Shown one piece after another: positions 1-9,920 of a stretch of DNA of 64,000 bases. Source of the DNA: Bacteroidales bacterium (GTDB taxonomy: Bacteria; Bacteroidota; Bacteroidia; Bacteroidales; VadinHA17). Numbering within the stretch: position 1 is the first letter of the stretch; the number at the start of each line of letters is the position of its first letter. The notes under the pieces are model-generated. The model worked only from the letters and a program-made list of their open reading frames with translations, was not told the origin of the DNA and ran no database searches. The translations under genes and the position numbers were made by a program. Where the stretch lies: assembly GCA_029932855.1 (NCBI GenBank), contig JAOZPG010000010.1:33097-97096 (forward strand), written 5' to 3'.

Positions 1-162
1 ATAGGAGGAGGTTTTGAGTATTCTATTGGAGGGAGCACATCACTTATCGGGGGATTGTATTTTAACAATAGCTTTATTGATATTACTAAAGACCGGAACA
101 ATAAACCTGAGGATTACCTGAGGCTTAATTCTTTATCTCTAAGGATGGGTATTTTGTTTTAA
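1..162 (+). CDS. 3' end of outer-membrane beta-barrel (PorT/porin-family-like) protein, truncated by window edge
   Basis: Frame 1 reads IGGGFEYSIGGSTSLIGGLYFNNSFIDITKD...LSLRMGILF* (TAA 160-162). Alternating beta-strand pattern and C-terminal Phe. Confidence 0.7.
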   Translation: MGGGFEYSIGGSTSLIGGLYFNNSFIDITKDRNNKPEDYLRLNSLSLRMGILF

Positions 163-175
163 AAAAAATGCAAAG

Positions 176-1840
176 ATGAAAATCGGGCTGGCACAACTTA
201 ATTACCAGGTTGCTCATTTTAAGAAGAATGTATCTAAGATCATAGATGCTATTGATGAGGCAAAGAAACAAAAGACCGACCTGTTGGTTTTTTCTGAATT
301 GTCAGTATCGGGTTATCCGCCACTTGATCTTCTGGAGCGCAAAGAATTTGTGGATGCCTGTATGAAGGGTATAGAAGAGATTGCAGGGCATTGCCAGGGC
401 ATTGCAGCTATAGTTGGAGGTCCGGTTCAGAACCATCTTCCCGAGGGGAAAAACCTGTATAATGCTGCTTTTTTTCTTGAAGATGGAAGGATTAAGAAAG
501 TGATCAATAAAAGCCTGCTTCCTACTTACGATATATTTGATGAGTACAGGTATTTTGAGTCCAACCGTTTTTTTGAGCTGGTTGAGTTCATGGGTAAAAA
601 GATCGCCCTGACTGTTTGCGAGGATCTGTGGGATCAGCAGGAGTTTGAAACAGACTTTGGGAAGAGTCATCTTTACCTTATCTCACCCATGGATGAGCTT
701 GCCAGGCTTGATCCTGATCTGGTAATCAATATTGCTGCTTCACCATATTCTTATCATAAGGAGAGGGTAAAAAAGAAAATATTTATCGAGAAGGCAAAGA
801 AATATAATTTGCCGGTGTTTTATGTCAATCAGGTTGCCGGGCAGACTGAGTTGATTTTTGAGGGTGGATCCATGGCTGTCAGTCCCAATGGAGACATATA
901 TGATGAACTGTCATTTTTCATGGAAGACACAGGATATTTTGATCTGGATAAGGTGCTAAAGGGAAGAAAGTATCAGAGCAGGCAGGAATCAAAGCTTATA
1001 ATACAGAATATTCATGATGCCCTGGTAATGGGTATAAAGGATTATTTTTCCAAGATGGGTTTTAGCAAGGCTGTCCTGGGCTTGTCGGGAGGTATAGACT
1101 CGGCCGTATGCCTTGTTCTTGCACAAAGAGCACTGGGAGCTGGTAATGTTAAAGCACTTTTGCTTCCTTCTGCTTATTCCTCAGAACACTCTATTAGTGA
1201 CTCGCTTGAACTGCTTGAAAAGCTTGGTGTGGAGCATGAGATCATTTCCATTGAGAAGGCAATGCAAGCCTTCAAAGAATCTCTTGAGCCTGTATTCAAA
1301 GGAATGAAGGAAGATGCCACAGAAGAGAATATTCAGGCCAGGATAAGGGCTGTTTTGCTTATGGCTTACTCAAATAAATTTGGCCATATATTATTAAATA
1401 CTTCTAATAAAAGTGAAGCTGCCGTGGGCTACGGAACCCTTTATGGAGATATGAGCGGTGGACTTTCAGTGTTGGGAGATGTTTATAAGACAGATGTTTA
1501 CAATCTCGCAAAATATATGAATAGTGATAAGGAGATTGTTCCCTGTAATATTATTTCTAAAGCGCCCTCGGCTGAACTCAGGCCGGAACAGAAAGACAGC
1601 GACTCCCTTCCCGATTATTCTGTTCTCGACCAGGTGCTGTTCAGGTACATTGAATTACAGAAAGGATCGGAGAGCATAATCAGGGAGGGCTTTGATGAAG
1701 GCCTGGTAAGAAAGATAATTGATATGGTAAACAGGAATGAATATAAACGTTTTCAGGCGCCTCCGGTATTAAGAATATCTTCCAAAGCATTTGGATATGG
1801 AAGGAGACACCCCCTCGTGGCTAATTATAATTTCCTGTAG
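176..1840 (+). CDS. nadE: Glutamine-dependent NAD+ synthetase
   Basis: N-terminal nitrilase-type glutaminase (ELSVSGY, K..LPTYDIFDEYRYF, CEDLW) plus synthetase domain (GLSGGIDS, NKSE..VGYGTLYGD, PSAELRPEQKD). Confidence 0.97.
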   Translation: MKIGLAQLNYQVAHFKKNVSKIIDAIDEAKKQKTDLLVFSELSVSGYPPLDLLERKEFVDACMKGIEEIAGHCQGIAAIVGGPVQNHLPEGKNLYNAAFFLEDGRIKKVINKSLLPTYDIFDEYRYFESNRFFELVEFMGKKIALTVCEDLWDQQEFETDFGKSHLYLISPMDELARLDPDLVINIAASPYSYHKERVKKKIFIEKAKKYNLPVFYVNQVAGQTELIFEGGSMAVSPNGDIYDELSFFMEDTGYFDLDKVLKGRKYQSRQESKLIIQNIHDALVMGIKDYFSKMGFSKAVLGLSGGIDSAVCLVLAQRALGAGNVKALLLPSAYSSEHSISDSLELLEKLGVEHEIISIEKAMQAFKESLEPVFKGMKEDATEENIQARIRAVLLMAYSNKFGHILLNTSNKSEAAVGYGTLYGDMSGGLSVLGDVYKTDVYNLAKYMNSDKEIVPCNIISKAPSAELRPEQKDSDSLPDYSVLDQVLFRYIELQKGSESIIREGFDEGLVRKIIDMVNRNEYKRFQAPPVLRISSKAFGYGRRHPLVANYNFL

Positions 1841-1915
1841 ATGAGTTTGTAAGTGAGTGTAAGAAGAAGATTTTCCAAAGCTGGATTTTATTGTGAATAT
1901 ATGATGTGAGTTTCA

Positions 1916-1923
1916 TATATTTG
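1916..1923 (+). promoter_or_regulatory. Bacteroidota sigma-A -7 element (TATATTTG) for the Crp/Fnr gene
   Basis: Matches TAnnTTTG, 26 nt before ATG 1950. Confidence 0.6.
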
Positions 1924-1939
1924 TATGTTTTATAACATA
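1924..1939. promoter_or_regulatory. Cur/BT4338-type operator palindrome TATGTTTTATAACATA
   Basis: 6-bp arms TATGTT/AACATA with a 4-nt core. Fits the TATGTTnTAnAACATA motif I recall for the Bacteroides Crp-family regulator BT4338. Lies between the promoter and the start codon of the homologous gene. Confidence 0.75.
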
Positions 1940-1949
1940 ATGCCGAAGT

Positions 1950-2651
1950 ATGGCTAAAAAGGATTATTCTTGTGAGAATTGTTTAAATGATCCCAATTCA
2001 ATATTCAGCGTCTTAAGTGATGAGGAGAGGGAATATTTATTAAAATATCATTCCTGTGTTCATCACAGGAAGGGAAGTATTATATATAGTGAGGGAGACA
2101 AGCCGACAGGTTTGTTATATCTTACAAATGGCAAAGTTAAAATATTTAAAGAGGGTATAGGGGGCAGAGATCAGATAGTGAGGTTGGCCAAGCCACTTGG
2201 CTTTATTGGTTACAGGGCCCTTTTTGCCGATGAAAACTATTCGGCTTCTGCAGTAGCACTTGAAGAATCTGATATTTGCAATCTTGAAAGGAATGTGCTT
2301 TTTTCTGTACTGGGAAACAATTCTGCCCTGTCTTTTAAGCTGATGCAGTCTATGGCCCAGGAGCTGGGATTATCAAATACCAGGACAGTCTCGCTTACCC
2401 AGAAACATATACGTGGCCGTCTTGCTGAATCTCTGTTCTTCCTGATAAACACATATGGCTTTGATGTTGACCAGCAAACAATTAAGGTTTACCTGTCAAG
2501 GGAAGATATTGCTAACCTTTCAAATATGACAACCTCGAATGCTATACGTACCTTATCAATGTTTGCAAGTGAGGGTGTAATAAAGCTTAATGGCAGAAAA
2601 ATAGAAGTTCTTGACCTGGCACAATTAAAAAGGATAAGCGAGATGGGTTAA
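1950..2651 (+). CDS. Crp/Fnr family transcriptional regulator, probable Cur (BT4338) orthologue
   Basis: cNMP-binding-like domain (GKVKIFKEG..GRDQIVRL, GYRALF) plus HTH region QKHIRGRLAESL...SREDIANLSNMTTSNAIRTLS, typical of the Bacteroides Crp regulator. Confidence 0.9.
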   Translation: MAKKDYSCENCLNDPNSIFSVLSDEEREYLLKYHSCVHHRKGSIIYSEGDKPTGLLYLTNGKVKIFKEGIGGRDQIVRLAKPLGFIGYRALFADENYSASAVALEESDICNLERNVLFSVLGNNSALSFKLMQSMAQELGLSNTRTVSLTQKHIRGRLAESLFFLINTYGFDVDQQTIKVYLSREDIANLSNMTTSNAIRTLSMFASEGVIKLNGRKIEVLDLAQLKRISEMG

Positions 2652-2670
2652 GGCATTTTCCCCAGGCATA

Positions 2671-3543
2671 ATGAACTCCATACTTTATTACATATTATAT
2701 AGTGTACTGTGGCTTATTTCTCTTTTGCCACGGCAGGTATTATATTTTTTCTCCCGCTTAATTTACTTTTTTGTGTATTATATTTCTGCTTACAGAAAAA
2801 CGATTGTCTTTAAAAACCTCAGGAATTCTTTTCCTGAAAAGACTGAAGCAGAAATAAGGAAAATTGCAAGAGGCTTTTACGGGCATTTCAGCAATCTTAT
2901 GGTTGAATCAATTATGTCCCTTACATTGAGCAGGAAAGAGCATTTAAGAAGATTCAGTTATAAAAACCCTGAACTCCTGGAAGAAATATATGCTGCCGGG
3001 AAAAGTATAATCCTGGTATTACCTCATTATGGAAACTGGGAATGGATTGTTAACATGGAGTGTATATCTTCTTTTCATTTTTTGGCAATTTACAAGCCTT
3101 TGCATTCTTCTGCTATGGACAGGCTATTTATTAAACTCAGAGAAAGGTTTGGCGGGGAGACTGTCCCTATGAAACAATCACTGAGAAGGATTATGAAAGC
3201 CGTGAATGATAAGGAGCAGACCATAACATTTTTTCTTTACGACCAGAGGCCAAGGAAAAATGAAATGCATCATTGGCTTAATTTTATGAACCAGGATACG
3301 CCCGTACTACTGGGCGCAGAGAAGATTGCCAGGAAAACAGGGCAAACAGTTGTGTTTTTTAAGACTACCAGGATAAAAAGAGGTTATTACGAGAATGAGT
3401 TCATAAAGATGACAGATGATCCTGCTGGGTTGCCCATGTATGAATTAACCGATTCTTTTTTCAGGATAGTGGAAGATATGCTGAATAAAACCCCTGAATA
3501 CTGGCTTTGGACACATGACAGGTGGAAGTTTAAGAGGAATTAG
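2671..3543 (+). CDS. Lipid A biosynthesis acyltransferase (LpxL/HtrB family)
   Basis: N-terminal membrane anchor, [32 protein letters not shown]. Confidence 0.92.
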   Translation: MNSILYYILYSVLWLISLLPRQVLYFFSRLIYFFVYYISAYRKTIVFKNLRNSFPEKTEAEIRKIARGFYGHFSNLMVESIMSLTLSRKEHLRRFSYKNPELLEEIYAAGKSIILVLPHYGNWEWIVNMECISSFHFLAIYKPLHSSAMDRLFIKLRERFGGETVPMKQSLRRIMKAVNDKEQTITFFLYDQRPRKNEMHHWLNFMNQDTPVLLGAEKIARKTGQTVVFFKTTRIKRGYYENEFIKMTDDPAGLPMYELTDSFFRIVEDMLNKTPEYWLWTHDRWKFKRN

Positions 3544-4120
3544 ATTCCCCCTGTTCTTTTACATAGCACTCCCTGCATAATGGCTGGTAAGCTTCTTTCT
3601 CCCCGAGCAGAACCCTCTTATCATCATTTGTCAAACGATAAGAATAAGAGGCCAGGTTACCACATCTTACACATATTGCATGCACCTTGGTAACATATTC
3701 GGCAATTGCCATTAATTGTGGTACCGGACCAAAAGGGACACCCAGGTAATCCATATCCAGTCCGGCGACAATTACTCTTACTCCACTATTAGCCAGCTTG
3801 TTACACACATCAATAAGTCCATCATCAAAAAACTGGGCTTCATCAATGCCCACTACATCAACATCTGAGCACATTAACAGAATATTTGCAGAGGTCTCAA
3901 CAGGAGTAGACATAATGGCCCTGGCATCGTGAGATACTACTTCTACATCAGAATACCTGTTCTCGATCTGGGGTTTGAAGATCTCCACCTTCTGGTTTGC
4001 AATTTTAGCACGTCTCATCCGCCGTATCAATTCTTCAGTTTTACCACTGAACATCGATCCGGCTATGACCTCTATCCATCCGTGTTTCCTGCCCCCTACA
4101 TGGGATTTCTCCAAAAACAT
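3530..4120 (-). CDS. tdk: Thymidine kinase
   Basis: [14 protein letters not shown] Walker A, IDEAQFF, Zn-binding CVRC...CREC. Confidence 0.97.
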   Translation of the reverse strand: MFLEKSHVGGRKHGWIEVIAGSMFSGKTEELIRRMRRAKIANQKVEIFKPQIENRYSDVEVVSHDARAIMSTPVETSANILLMCSDVDVVGIDEAQFFDDGLIDVCNKLANSGVRVIVAGLDMDYLGVPFGPVPQLMAIAEYVTKVHAICVRCGNLASYSYRLTNDDKRVLLGEKEAYQPLCRECYVKEQGESNSS

Positions 4121-4242
4121 CAGCTAAGAAATTCTAATTTATTATCATTAACTTTACCAAATCTTGCAATTTACAAAGCTATATATTGTTTATTGTAATT
4201 TTCTTTCAAAAATAAAAGTTTTAAAGAGGAAAGCCAGTAATA

Positions 4243-4992
4243 ATGGATATTAAAGATAGTCTAAAAAACCTCTCTAAAGATACACAAGAAATCCTGAAGA
4301 AGATATATAAGCTTGAGGATAATTCAGATATATCACCGGAAGAGATTAATGCGCTTAAAGTAAAAATACTTTCCCTGTATGATAATGTGTCCGGTATTGA
4401 GTGGATGATCAGGCAGGGATCTTCAATAGCTGAGCCGGAAAAGTCTGTATCTGTGGAAATGCCGCAGGTGGTAACTGATAAGCCGGAGGAACCTGTATCC
4501 GTGGAAGTGTCGCAGGCCGCAATTGATAAGCCGAAGGAATCAATGCCGGAAGAACCTGTACCCGGTGAAGTATCAGAGGGTATGACTGATGACAGGGTTG
4601 TAAGTGAAAAGCCGGAAAAAATAGTATCATCTGCCAGGAAGATGGAAAGATCGGCAGGTGTTATTTCTGATAAGTTCCGGAACAGCAAGTACAGGAATGA
4701 GGCCCTTAAAAAAGAAATGCCTATAAATGACCTTAGCTCGAAATTTTATGATAAGCCTATAAAAGACATCCCTGCAGCAATAGGTATTAATGAGAAGTTC
4801 AGGTATATCAGGGAGCTCTTTGACGGTGATTCATCCAGTTATAATAAAACTATTGCTTACCTGAACGAGGTTAAGTCAGAATCGGATGCTGTAGAGTATT
4901 TCAACAGTAATTTTGACTGGGATCATGATGATAAGCTTGTAAGAATGCTTCTTAACCTCACGAGTAGAAAACTGAGATATACAAAGAAATGA
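4243..4992 (+). CDS. Hypothetical protein with acidic Pro-rich linker and Bacteroidota-type C-terminal domain
   Basis: 249 aa ORF with C-terminal IGINEKFRYIRELFDGD...WD motif. Its stop overlaps the rsmI start (ATGA). Confidence 0.75.
   Translation: MDIKDSLKNLSKDTQEILKKIYKLEDNSDISPEEINALKVKILSLYDNVSGIEWMIRQGSSIAEPEKSVSVEMPQVVTDKPEEPVSVEVSQAAIDKPKESMPEEPVPGEVSEGMTDDRVVSEKPEKIVSSARKMERSAGVISDKFRNSKYRNEALKKEMPINDLSSKFYDKPIKDIPAAIGINEKFRYIRELFDGDSSSYNKTIAYLNEVKSESDAVEYFNSNFDWDHDDKLVRMLLNLTSRKLRYTKK
4435..4530 (+). repeat. Two imperfect 48-bp in-frame tandem repeats
   Basis: Units 4435-4482 and 4483-4530 encode PEKSVSVEMPQVVTDK / PEEPVSVEVSQAAIDK. Confidence 0.7.
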
Positions 4993-5660
4993 CCGGTCTT
5001 TTTCTTGTACCTACACCCATAGGGAATCTTGATGATATCACCAGGAGGGCTGTAGCAGTCTTGTCGGGGGTTGATACAGTACTTGCCGAGGATACCCGCA
5101 AAACTTCTTTCCTGCTAAAGCACCTTGAGATAGAAAAAAAGATCATTTCCCACCATAAGTTCAATGAGCATAGTAGCCTGGATTCACTTATTGAAAGGAT
5201 GAAAAAGGGTGAAAGCTTTGCCCTTGTGTCGGATGCAGGTACCCCGGCGGTATCAGACCCGGGTTTTTTACTGGTAAGGGCCTGTATTGAAAATGGTATT
5301 AATGTGGAATGTCTTCCCGGTGCAACGGCTTTTGTTCCTGCCCTGGTTGTTTCGGGACTGCCAAATGACAGGTTTTGTTTTGAAGGTTTCCTTCCTGCAA
5401 AGAAAGGAAGACAGAAAAGACTTAATGCCCTTGCCGGTGAGAGCCGGACAATGATCTTTTATGAGTCGCCTCACAGGCTGGTAAAATTGCTTAGCCAGCT
5501 AAGCGGGATAATGGGTCCCGACAGAAAAGCTTCTGTCTCCAGGGAACTCACAAAAATATACGAAGAAACCATTCGCGGCAGCCTTGCAGAGCTTTCGGAA
5601 CACTTTTTATCTAAAGCTCCAAAGGGCGAATTTGTGGTGGTTGTGGCGGGTAAGAAGTAA
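4989..5660 (+). CDS. rsmI: 16S rRNA (cytidine1402-2'-O)-methyltransferase
   Basis: VPTPIGNLDDIT.RA, AEDTR, VSDAGTP.VSDPG, FYESPHR, RELTK.YEE. Confidence 0.97.
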   Translation: MTGLFLVPTPIGNLDDITRRAVAVLSGVDTVLAEDTRKTSFLLKHLEIEKKIISHHKFNEHSSLDSLIERMKKGESFALVSDAGTPAVSDPGFLLVRACIENGINVECLPGATAFVPALVVSGLPNDRFCFEGFLPAKKGRQKRLNALAGESRTMIFYESPHRLVKLLSQLSGIMGPDRKASVSRELTKIYEETIRGSLAELSEHFLSKAPKGEFVVVVAGKK

Positions 5661-5733
5661 GTTGATTTCTATTTACTGACATTTCTAAATATTGGAATGA
5701 GCAAAGTTTTACAACTAATCAATTGTTAACATT

Positions 5734-6915
5734 ATGAATACAGCATTTGAGAATTTGAAGAACTTCTTTGATCGGATTAAGCACATTGGCTTTTGGCAAA
5801 GAATTTTCTACTGGAGGTCAATCAAGACACTTAGCTATGATGCTTATAACGAATTTAAAGAGTTAAACACAACAATTGAGCAATCTAAATTGGAGTTGGA
5901 ACAAAGCAAAAGCAGGGTTGCTACTCTTGAGAAAGAAAAAGAGATACTGGAATCAAAAAATGAAGGAATTCAAAAACTTGAATTTAAGATTACACAATTG
6001 GAAGAAGATAAAAATCATCTTATTCGTAACAAGGTGCAACTTGAAAAGAAAGTAACACAGTATGAGCAAACGGAAGACCTGCGGAAGAAAGATTATGAGA
6101 AAAAAATTGCTTCGATAGAGGCTGTACGTGATGGACTGGAAGGTGACAGAACCCGATTAAATGATGACCGGGTGCAAGAAAAAGAAGAAGCATTGCAACG
6201 CATGAAAGAATTGTGGAAGAATCACCAAGACAATGTTGAATCAACTATACGAGATGTTTGCAAAAATAATATCATCAAATATGTGGAAGATGTTCCATTT
6301 AAGGGGAAACCAGATAATACCATTATGATAGCTGATGAATATATCATTTTTGATGCAAAAAGTCCCTCGAATGAGGATCTTAATAATTTCCCAAAATATT
6401 TAAAAACACAGGCTGAGTCAGTTAAGAAGTATATTAAAGAAGAGGATGTTAAGAAGGATATTTTCTTAGTCATCCCTTCAAATACTACAAGCATCGTAAA
6501 GAATCACTTCATCAATATGGGTGATTATAATGTATATCTTGTTTCTGTTGATTCTCTTGAACCTATCATCTTATCTCTCAAAAAGATAGAAGAATATGAG
6601 TTTGCAGAACAGCTTACACCGGAAGAAAGAGATAACATTTGCAGGGTAATCGGGAAATTTGCCCATACAACGAAGAGAAAAATTCAAATTGATTACTTCT
6701 TTTCGCAACAGTTTCTGGAAATTCTTACGAAGTGTGAAACTGACCTTCCCGATGATATCATGAGTTCTGTTATCGAATTTGAGAAAGCAGAAAAATTGAA
6801 TCCCCCTCAAGAAAAAAGGTCAAAACAGATTCTTACGAAAGACTTGATAAAGGACAATGAGAAATTAGCACTTCTAGCAAGAGCTAAGCTAATGGGAGAG
6901 AATGATAACAAATAA
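5734..6915 (+). CDS. Coiled-coil protein with RmuC-like PD-(D/E)XK nuclease domain
   Basis: Long heptad region (about aa 40-165), then KPD-x11-FDAKSP and DIFLVIPS resembling the RmuC core. Visibly more AT-rich than neighbours. Confidence 0.6.
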   Translation: MNTAFENLKNFFDRIKHIGFWQRIFYWRSIKTLSYDAYNEFKELNTTIEQSKLELEQSKSRVATLEKEKEILESKNEGIQKLEFKITQLEEDKNHLIRNKVQLEKKVTQYEQTEDLRKKDYEKKIASIEAVRDGLEGDRTRLNDDRVQEKEEALQRMKELWKNHQDNVESTIRDVCKNNIIKYVEDVPFKGKPDNTIMIADEYIIFDAKSPSNEDLNNFPKYLKTQAESVKKYIKEEDVKKDIFLVIPSNTTSIVKNHFINMGDYNVYLVSVDSLEPIILSLKKIEEYEFAEQLTPEERDNICRVIGKFAHTTKRKIQIDYFFSQQFLEILTKCETDLPDDIMSSVIEFEKAEKLNPPQEKRSKQILTKDLIKDNEKLALLARAKLMGENDNK

Positions 6916-6917
6916 TA

Positions 6918-7430
6918 CTATTTCTTTAATGATTTGAATTCAGGTGGATTTGTAAGCTCCAAAAATCCATCCATCAGGTCATTATCAATAGTTACTGACA
7001 GATGGTAATGAGTTAATTTCCATTCATTATCCTTAAACACCATTACTCCCGATCCCCTGCAAACGCCCATCCAGGTGTCCAGGAGCTCGTCGAACCAGGC
7101 AGTATTTTTGCTGGCAGAGTAGTGTATTTGCCTGTTATATGGTTTGAAATCCCATGCTTTGCCTTTATCGAAATAGGGCCTGGCAAATGAGTAAAATTCT
7201 TCCTTGTTCCATCTTTCTGTGGCATCTGTTCCAAGGTAAACAAAACTGCTGTCCATTAATCCAAAAAACACTTCAGCATTGGCCCGGGCAGCAGCCATAT
7301 GCCATGAATCCATGACCTTATCCGGGTCAGCTGAATTATCTGATACCTTCCTGACACTCTCTTTTCCGTTGCAGGAGGAAAAAAGGATGAAAACAAATAC
7401 TAAGAGATATCTGGAAATGGATATATGCAT
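6918..7430 (-). CDS. SnoaL/NTF2-like lipoprotein
   Basis: Lipobox FSSC, then WHMAAA, YLGTDATERW, AWFDELL, CRGSGV, HYHLS. Confidence 0.8.
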   Translation of the reverse strand: MHISISRYLLVFVFILFSSCNGKESVRKVSDNSADPDKVMDSWHMAAARANAEVFFGLMDSSFVYLGTDATERWNKEEFYSFARPYFDKGKAWDFKPYNRQIHYSASKNTAWFDELLDTWMGVCRGSGVMVFKDNEWKLTHYHLSVTIDNDLMDGFLELTNPPEFKSLKK

Positions 7431-7444
7431 TTATCTGTTTGTTA

Positions 7445-8593
7445 TTACTTGATATGAGGGGGAAGCTGTATCTCAAAAATACTTTGTTCTATAAGTTTTT
7501 CTATGTTTTTCAGCAGCCTGATTTCTTCCCTGTTTACGAAAGTTATCGCCACACCTGTGGCTTTTGCTCTTGCCGTACGGCCCACCCTGTGAACATAATC
7601 CTCGGCATCCTTGGGCACGTGATAGTTGATCACAAGGTCAATATTATCAATATCTATCCCTCTTGAAACAATATCGGTAGCTACCAGTATATTGATCTTA
7701 TTGTTTTTAAAATCAAGCAGTGCCTGTTCCCTTTCCTTTTGTGTAAGATCGGAGTGTATAGGTGATACCAGCATGTTTTTGCTTTTTAGGGTCCGTGCCA
7801 GTTGTTTCACCTCCAGTTTTGTGCCGGAAAAAAGCAATATCCTGTTCAGGTCTTTACCCTCAAGCAGGTCCACCAGAAGCTGTATCTTTTTATTATTCTC
7901 TATCCTGTAAATTGCCTGTAAGACTCCCTGTGCAGGTTTTGATACCGCAAGGTCTATCTGTTCGGGTTCCTTCAGGAGTTCTTTGGCCAGTTTCCTGATG
8001 GTAGGAGGCATGGTTGCCGAGAACATAAGTGTCTGACGCTTTACAGGCAGGGTTTTTACTATTTGTTTAATATCGGCATAAAAACCCATATCAAGCATCC
8101 TGTCTGCCTCATCAAGGATGAGGAAATCGAGATTACTGAAGTCCAGGTAGCCAAGCTGAAGGTGGGCAATAAGCCTGCCGGGAGTTGCAATGATGATATC
8201 AGATCCTTTCTCAATAGCAGTTCTTTGCTGGTCCCACGATATTCCGTCACCTCCTCCATACACGGCAATTGAGCTGATATTTGTGAAATAAGATAATCCA
8301 AGGAACTGCTGATCTATCTGTGTTGCCAGCTCGCGGGTGGGGACTATTATCATGGCACTTATGCCTTTCTTCTCTTTCTTGTTTATTATCCTGTGGAGTA
8401 CAGGCAGCAGGAAGGCAGCTGTCTTGCCGGTGCCTGTCTGGGCACAACCAATAAGGTCTTTACCCTGCAGGATAAGGGGTATTCCAAGCTCCTGTATAGG
8501 GGTAGGTAGACTAAAGCCCATAGCCTCAACGCCCTCCATTATGGAGCTGTCGAGATTAAATTCGGAGAATGACATTATTTTATCTTTACTCAC
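7445..8593 (-). CDS. DEAD-box ATP-dependent RNA helicase
   Basis: Q motif, AQTGTGKT, PTRELA, TPGRL, DEAD, SAT, SRGID, HRVGRTAR. GTG start overlaps the upstream stop (GTGA). Confidence 0.96.
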   Translation of the reverse strand: MSKDKIMSFSEFNLDSSIMEGVEAMGFSLPTPIQELGIPLILQGKDLIGCAQTGTGKTAAFLLPVLHRIINKKEKKGISAMIIVPTRELATQIDQQFLGLSYFTNISSIAVYGGGDGISWDQQRTAIEKGSDIIIATPGRLIAHLQLGYLDFSNLDFLILDEADRMLDMGFYADIKQIVKTLPVKRQTLMFSATMPPTIRKLAKELLKEPEQIDLAVSKPAQGVLQAIYRIENNKKIQLLVDLLEGKDLNRILLFSGTKLEVKQLARTLKSKNMLVSPIHSDLTQKEREQALLDFKNNKINILVATDIVSRGIDIDNIDLVINYHVPKDAEDYVHRVGRTARAKATGVAITFVNREEIRLLKNIEKLIEQSIFEIQLPPHIK

Positions 8594-9666
8594 TGTGCAG
8601 AGATTTTAAGAATTTCAACTATCATTCCCAGTGCCTTTTCCATATCGGAGATGCTTATATGTTCTTCAGTGGAATGTTCCAGATGGGCTCCTATTCCCAC
8701 TACTGCCATTTCAATATCATGATTGTTGTAAACCGAAGCATCGGTGAATCCTGTAATAAAACCTGTTCTGGCATCAATGCCAACCGATTTAAGTGCTTGT
8801 TTTGAAACCATTACAGTTTCAGAATTGTCTGAGATCTCAACTGCCTGGAATGGGTTTTGCACATCGATTTTAACTGTAGCCCCGGTAGACTCAACCTTCT
8901 CCCTGATAATAACTTCCATCTTTTTTGCCAGTTCCTCAGCCTTCTTATCATTAAGACTGCGGCATTCTGCCAGGAAGAAAGTTTCATCAGGTACACCATT
9001 CCTGATAATTCCACCTTTAATAACACCTACATTGGAAGTTGTTTCTTTATCTATCCTGCCCAGGGGGAGTGCAGATATTGCTTTTGATGCAGCCAGTACT
9101 GCATTAATTCCTTTTTCAGGTTCCATACCTGCATGTGCCGACCTTCCTTTTATCTCAACATCAAGAGTGAAATATGAGGGACCTCCAATAACTATAGTAT
9201 CAAGTGTGTCATTATCCAACAGGTATCCTTTTTTTGCTGTTAGCCAGTCGAAATCAAGGTTCTGAACCCCAATAAGTCCCACTTCTTCCTGGCGGGTAAT
9301 AGCAATTTCAACCACCGGCCTTGTATCTGCTATCCTCAGCGCTTCAAGCATTTCTGCTATACCGGCTTTATCATCGGCACCCAGGATGGTAGTTCCGTCT
9401 GAACGGATCACTCCATCTTTAATAACAGGCTTAATAGCTTTTCCTGGTTGCACCGTATCGGCGTGGCATGACAGTAAAATGCTTTCACTGTTAGAAGCAT
9501 TCTTTGAGGGCAAACGTCCAAGCAGGTTGCCGTAAGGATCTATATATGTTTCGGCACCTAATGCTTTTAATTCTTTTTCAAGGTATTCTATAAAATGCTT
9601 CTCTTCACCCGATTCACTGTCGATCTTTACCATCTCCAGGAACTGATTAATCATTCTTGACTCCAT
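8590..9666 (-). CDS. M20 family peptidase (PepT-like/YqjE tripeptidase)
   Basis: HADTV, LGADDKAG, QEEVGL, SAHAG..PEKG, TDA, H(S)TEE. Start placed at ATG 9666 (MESRMIN) rather than the track's 9720. Confidence 0.9.
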   Translation of the reverse strand: MESRMINQFLEMVKIDSESGEEKHFIEYLEKELKALGAETYIDPYGNLLGRLPSKNASNSESILLSCHADTVQPGKAIKPVIKDGVIRSDGTTILGADDKAGIAEMLEALRIADTRPVVEIAITRQEEVGLIGVQNLDFDWLTAKKGYLLDNDTLDTIVIGGPSYFTLDVEIKGRSAHAGMEPEKGINAVLAASKAISALPLGRIDKETTSNVGVIKGGIIRNGVPDETFFLAECRSLNDKKAEELAKKMEVIIREKVESTGATVKIDVQNPFQAVEISDNSETVMVSKQALKSVGIDARTGFITGFTDASVYNNHDIEMAVVGIGAHLEHSTEEHISISDMEKALGMIVEILKISAQ

Positions 9667-9920
9667 ATTATATATTTTGATTGCTTGATATCTGCTTGTG
9701 AAACAGCTGTAAATATACAAAGACTGCCCAAAAGATCAGACTGCTTATTGAAATTAAATTCTCAGGCAGAGATTATACTATAATTAATTACAATAATTAA
9801 GGAGAGCTTATAAATTAGTTATAATTTTAGTCACTCTATTATATGTTTTCAGGTAATTGATAAGGCCTGGATCAGGATGCCGGGATGAAGCTAATAATAT
9901 CTATTACATAAGACCAGGCC

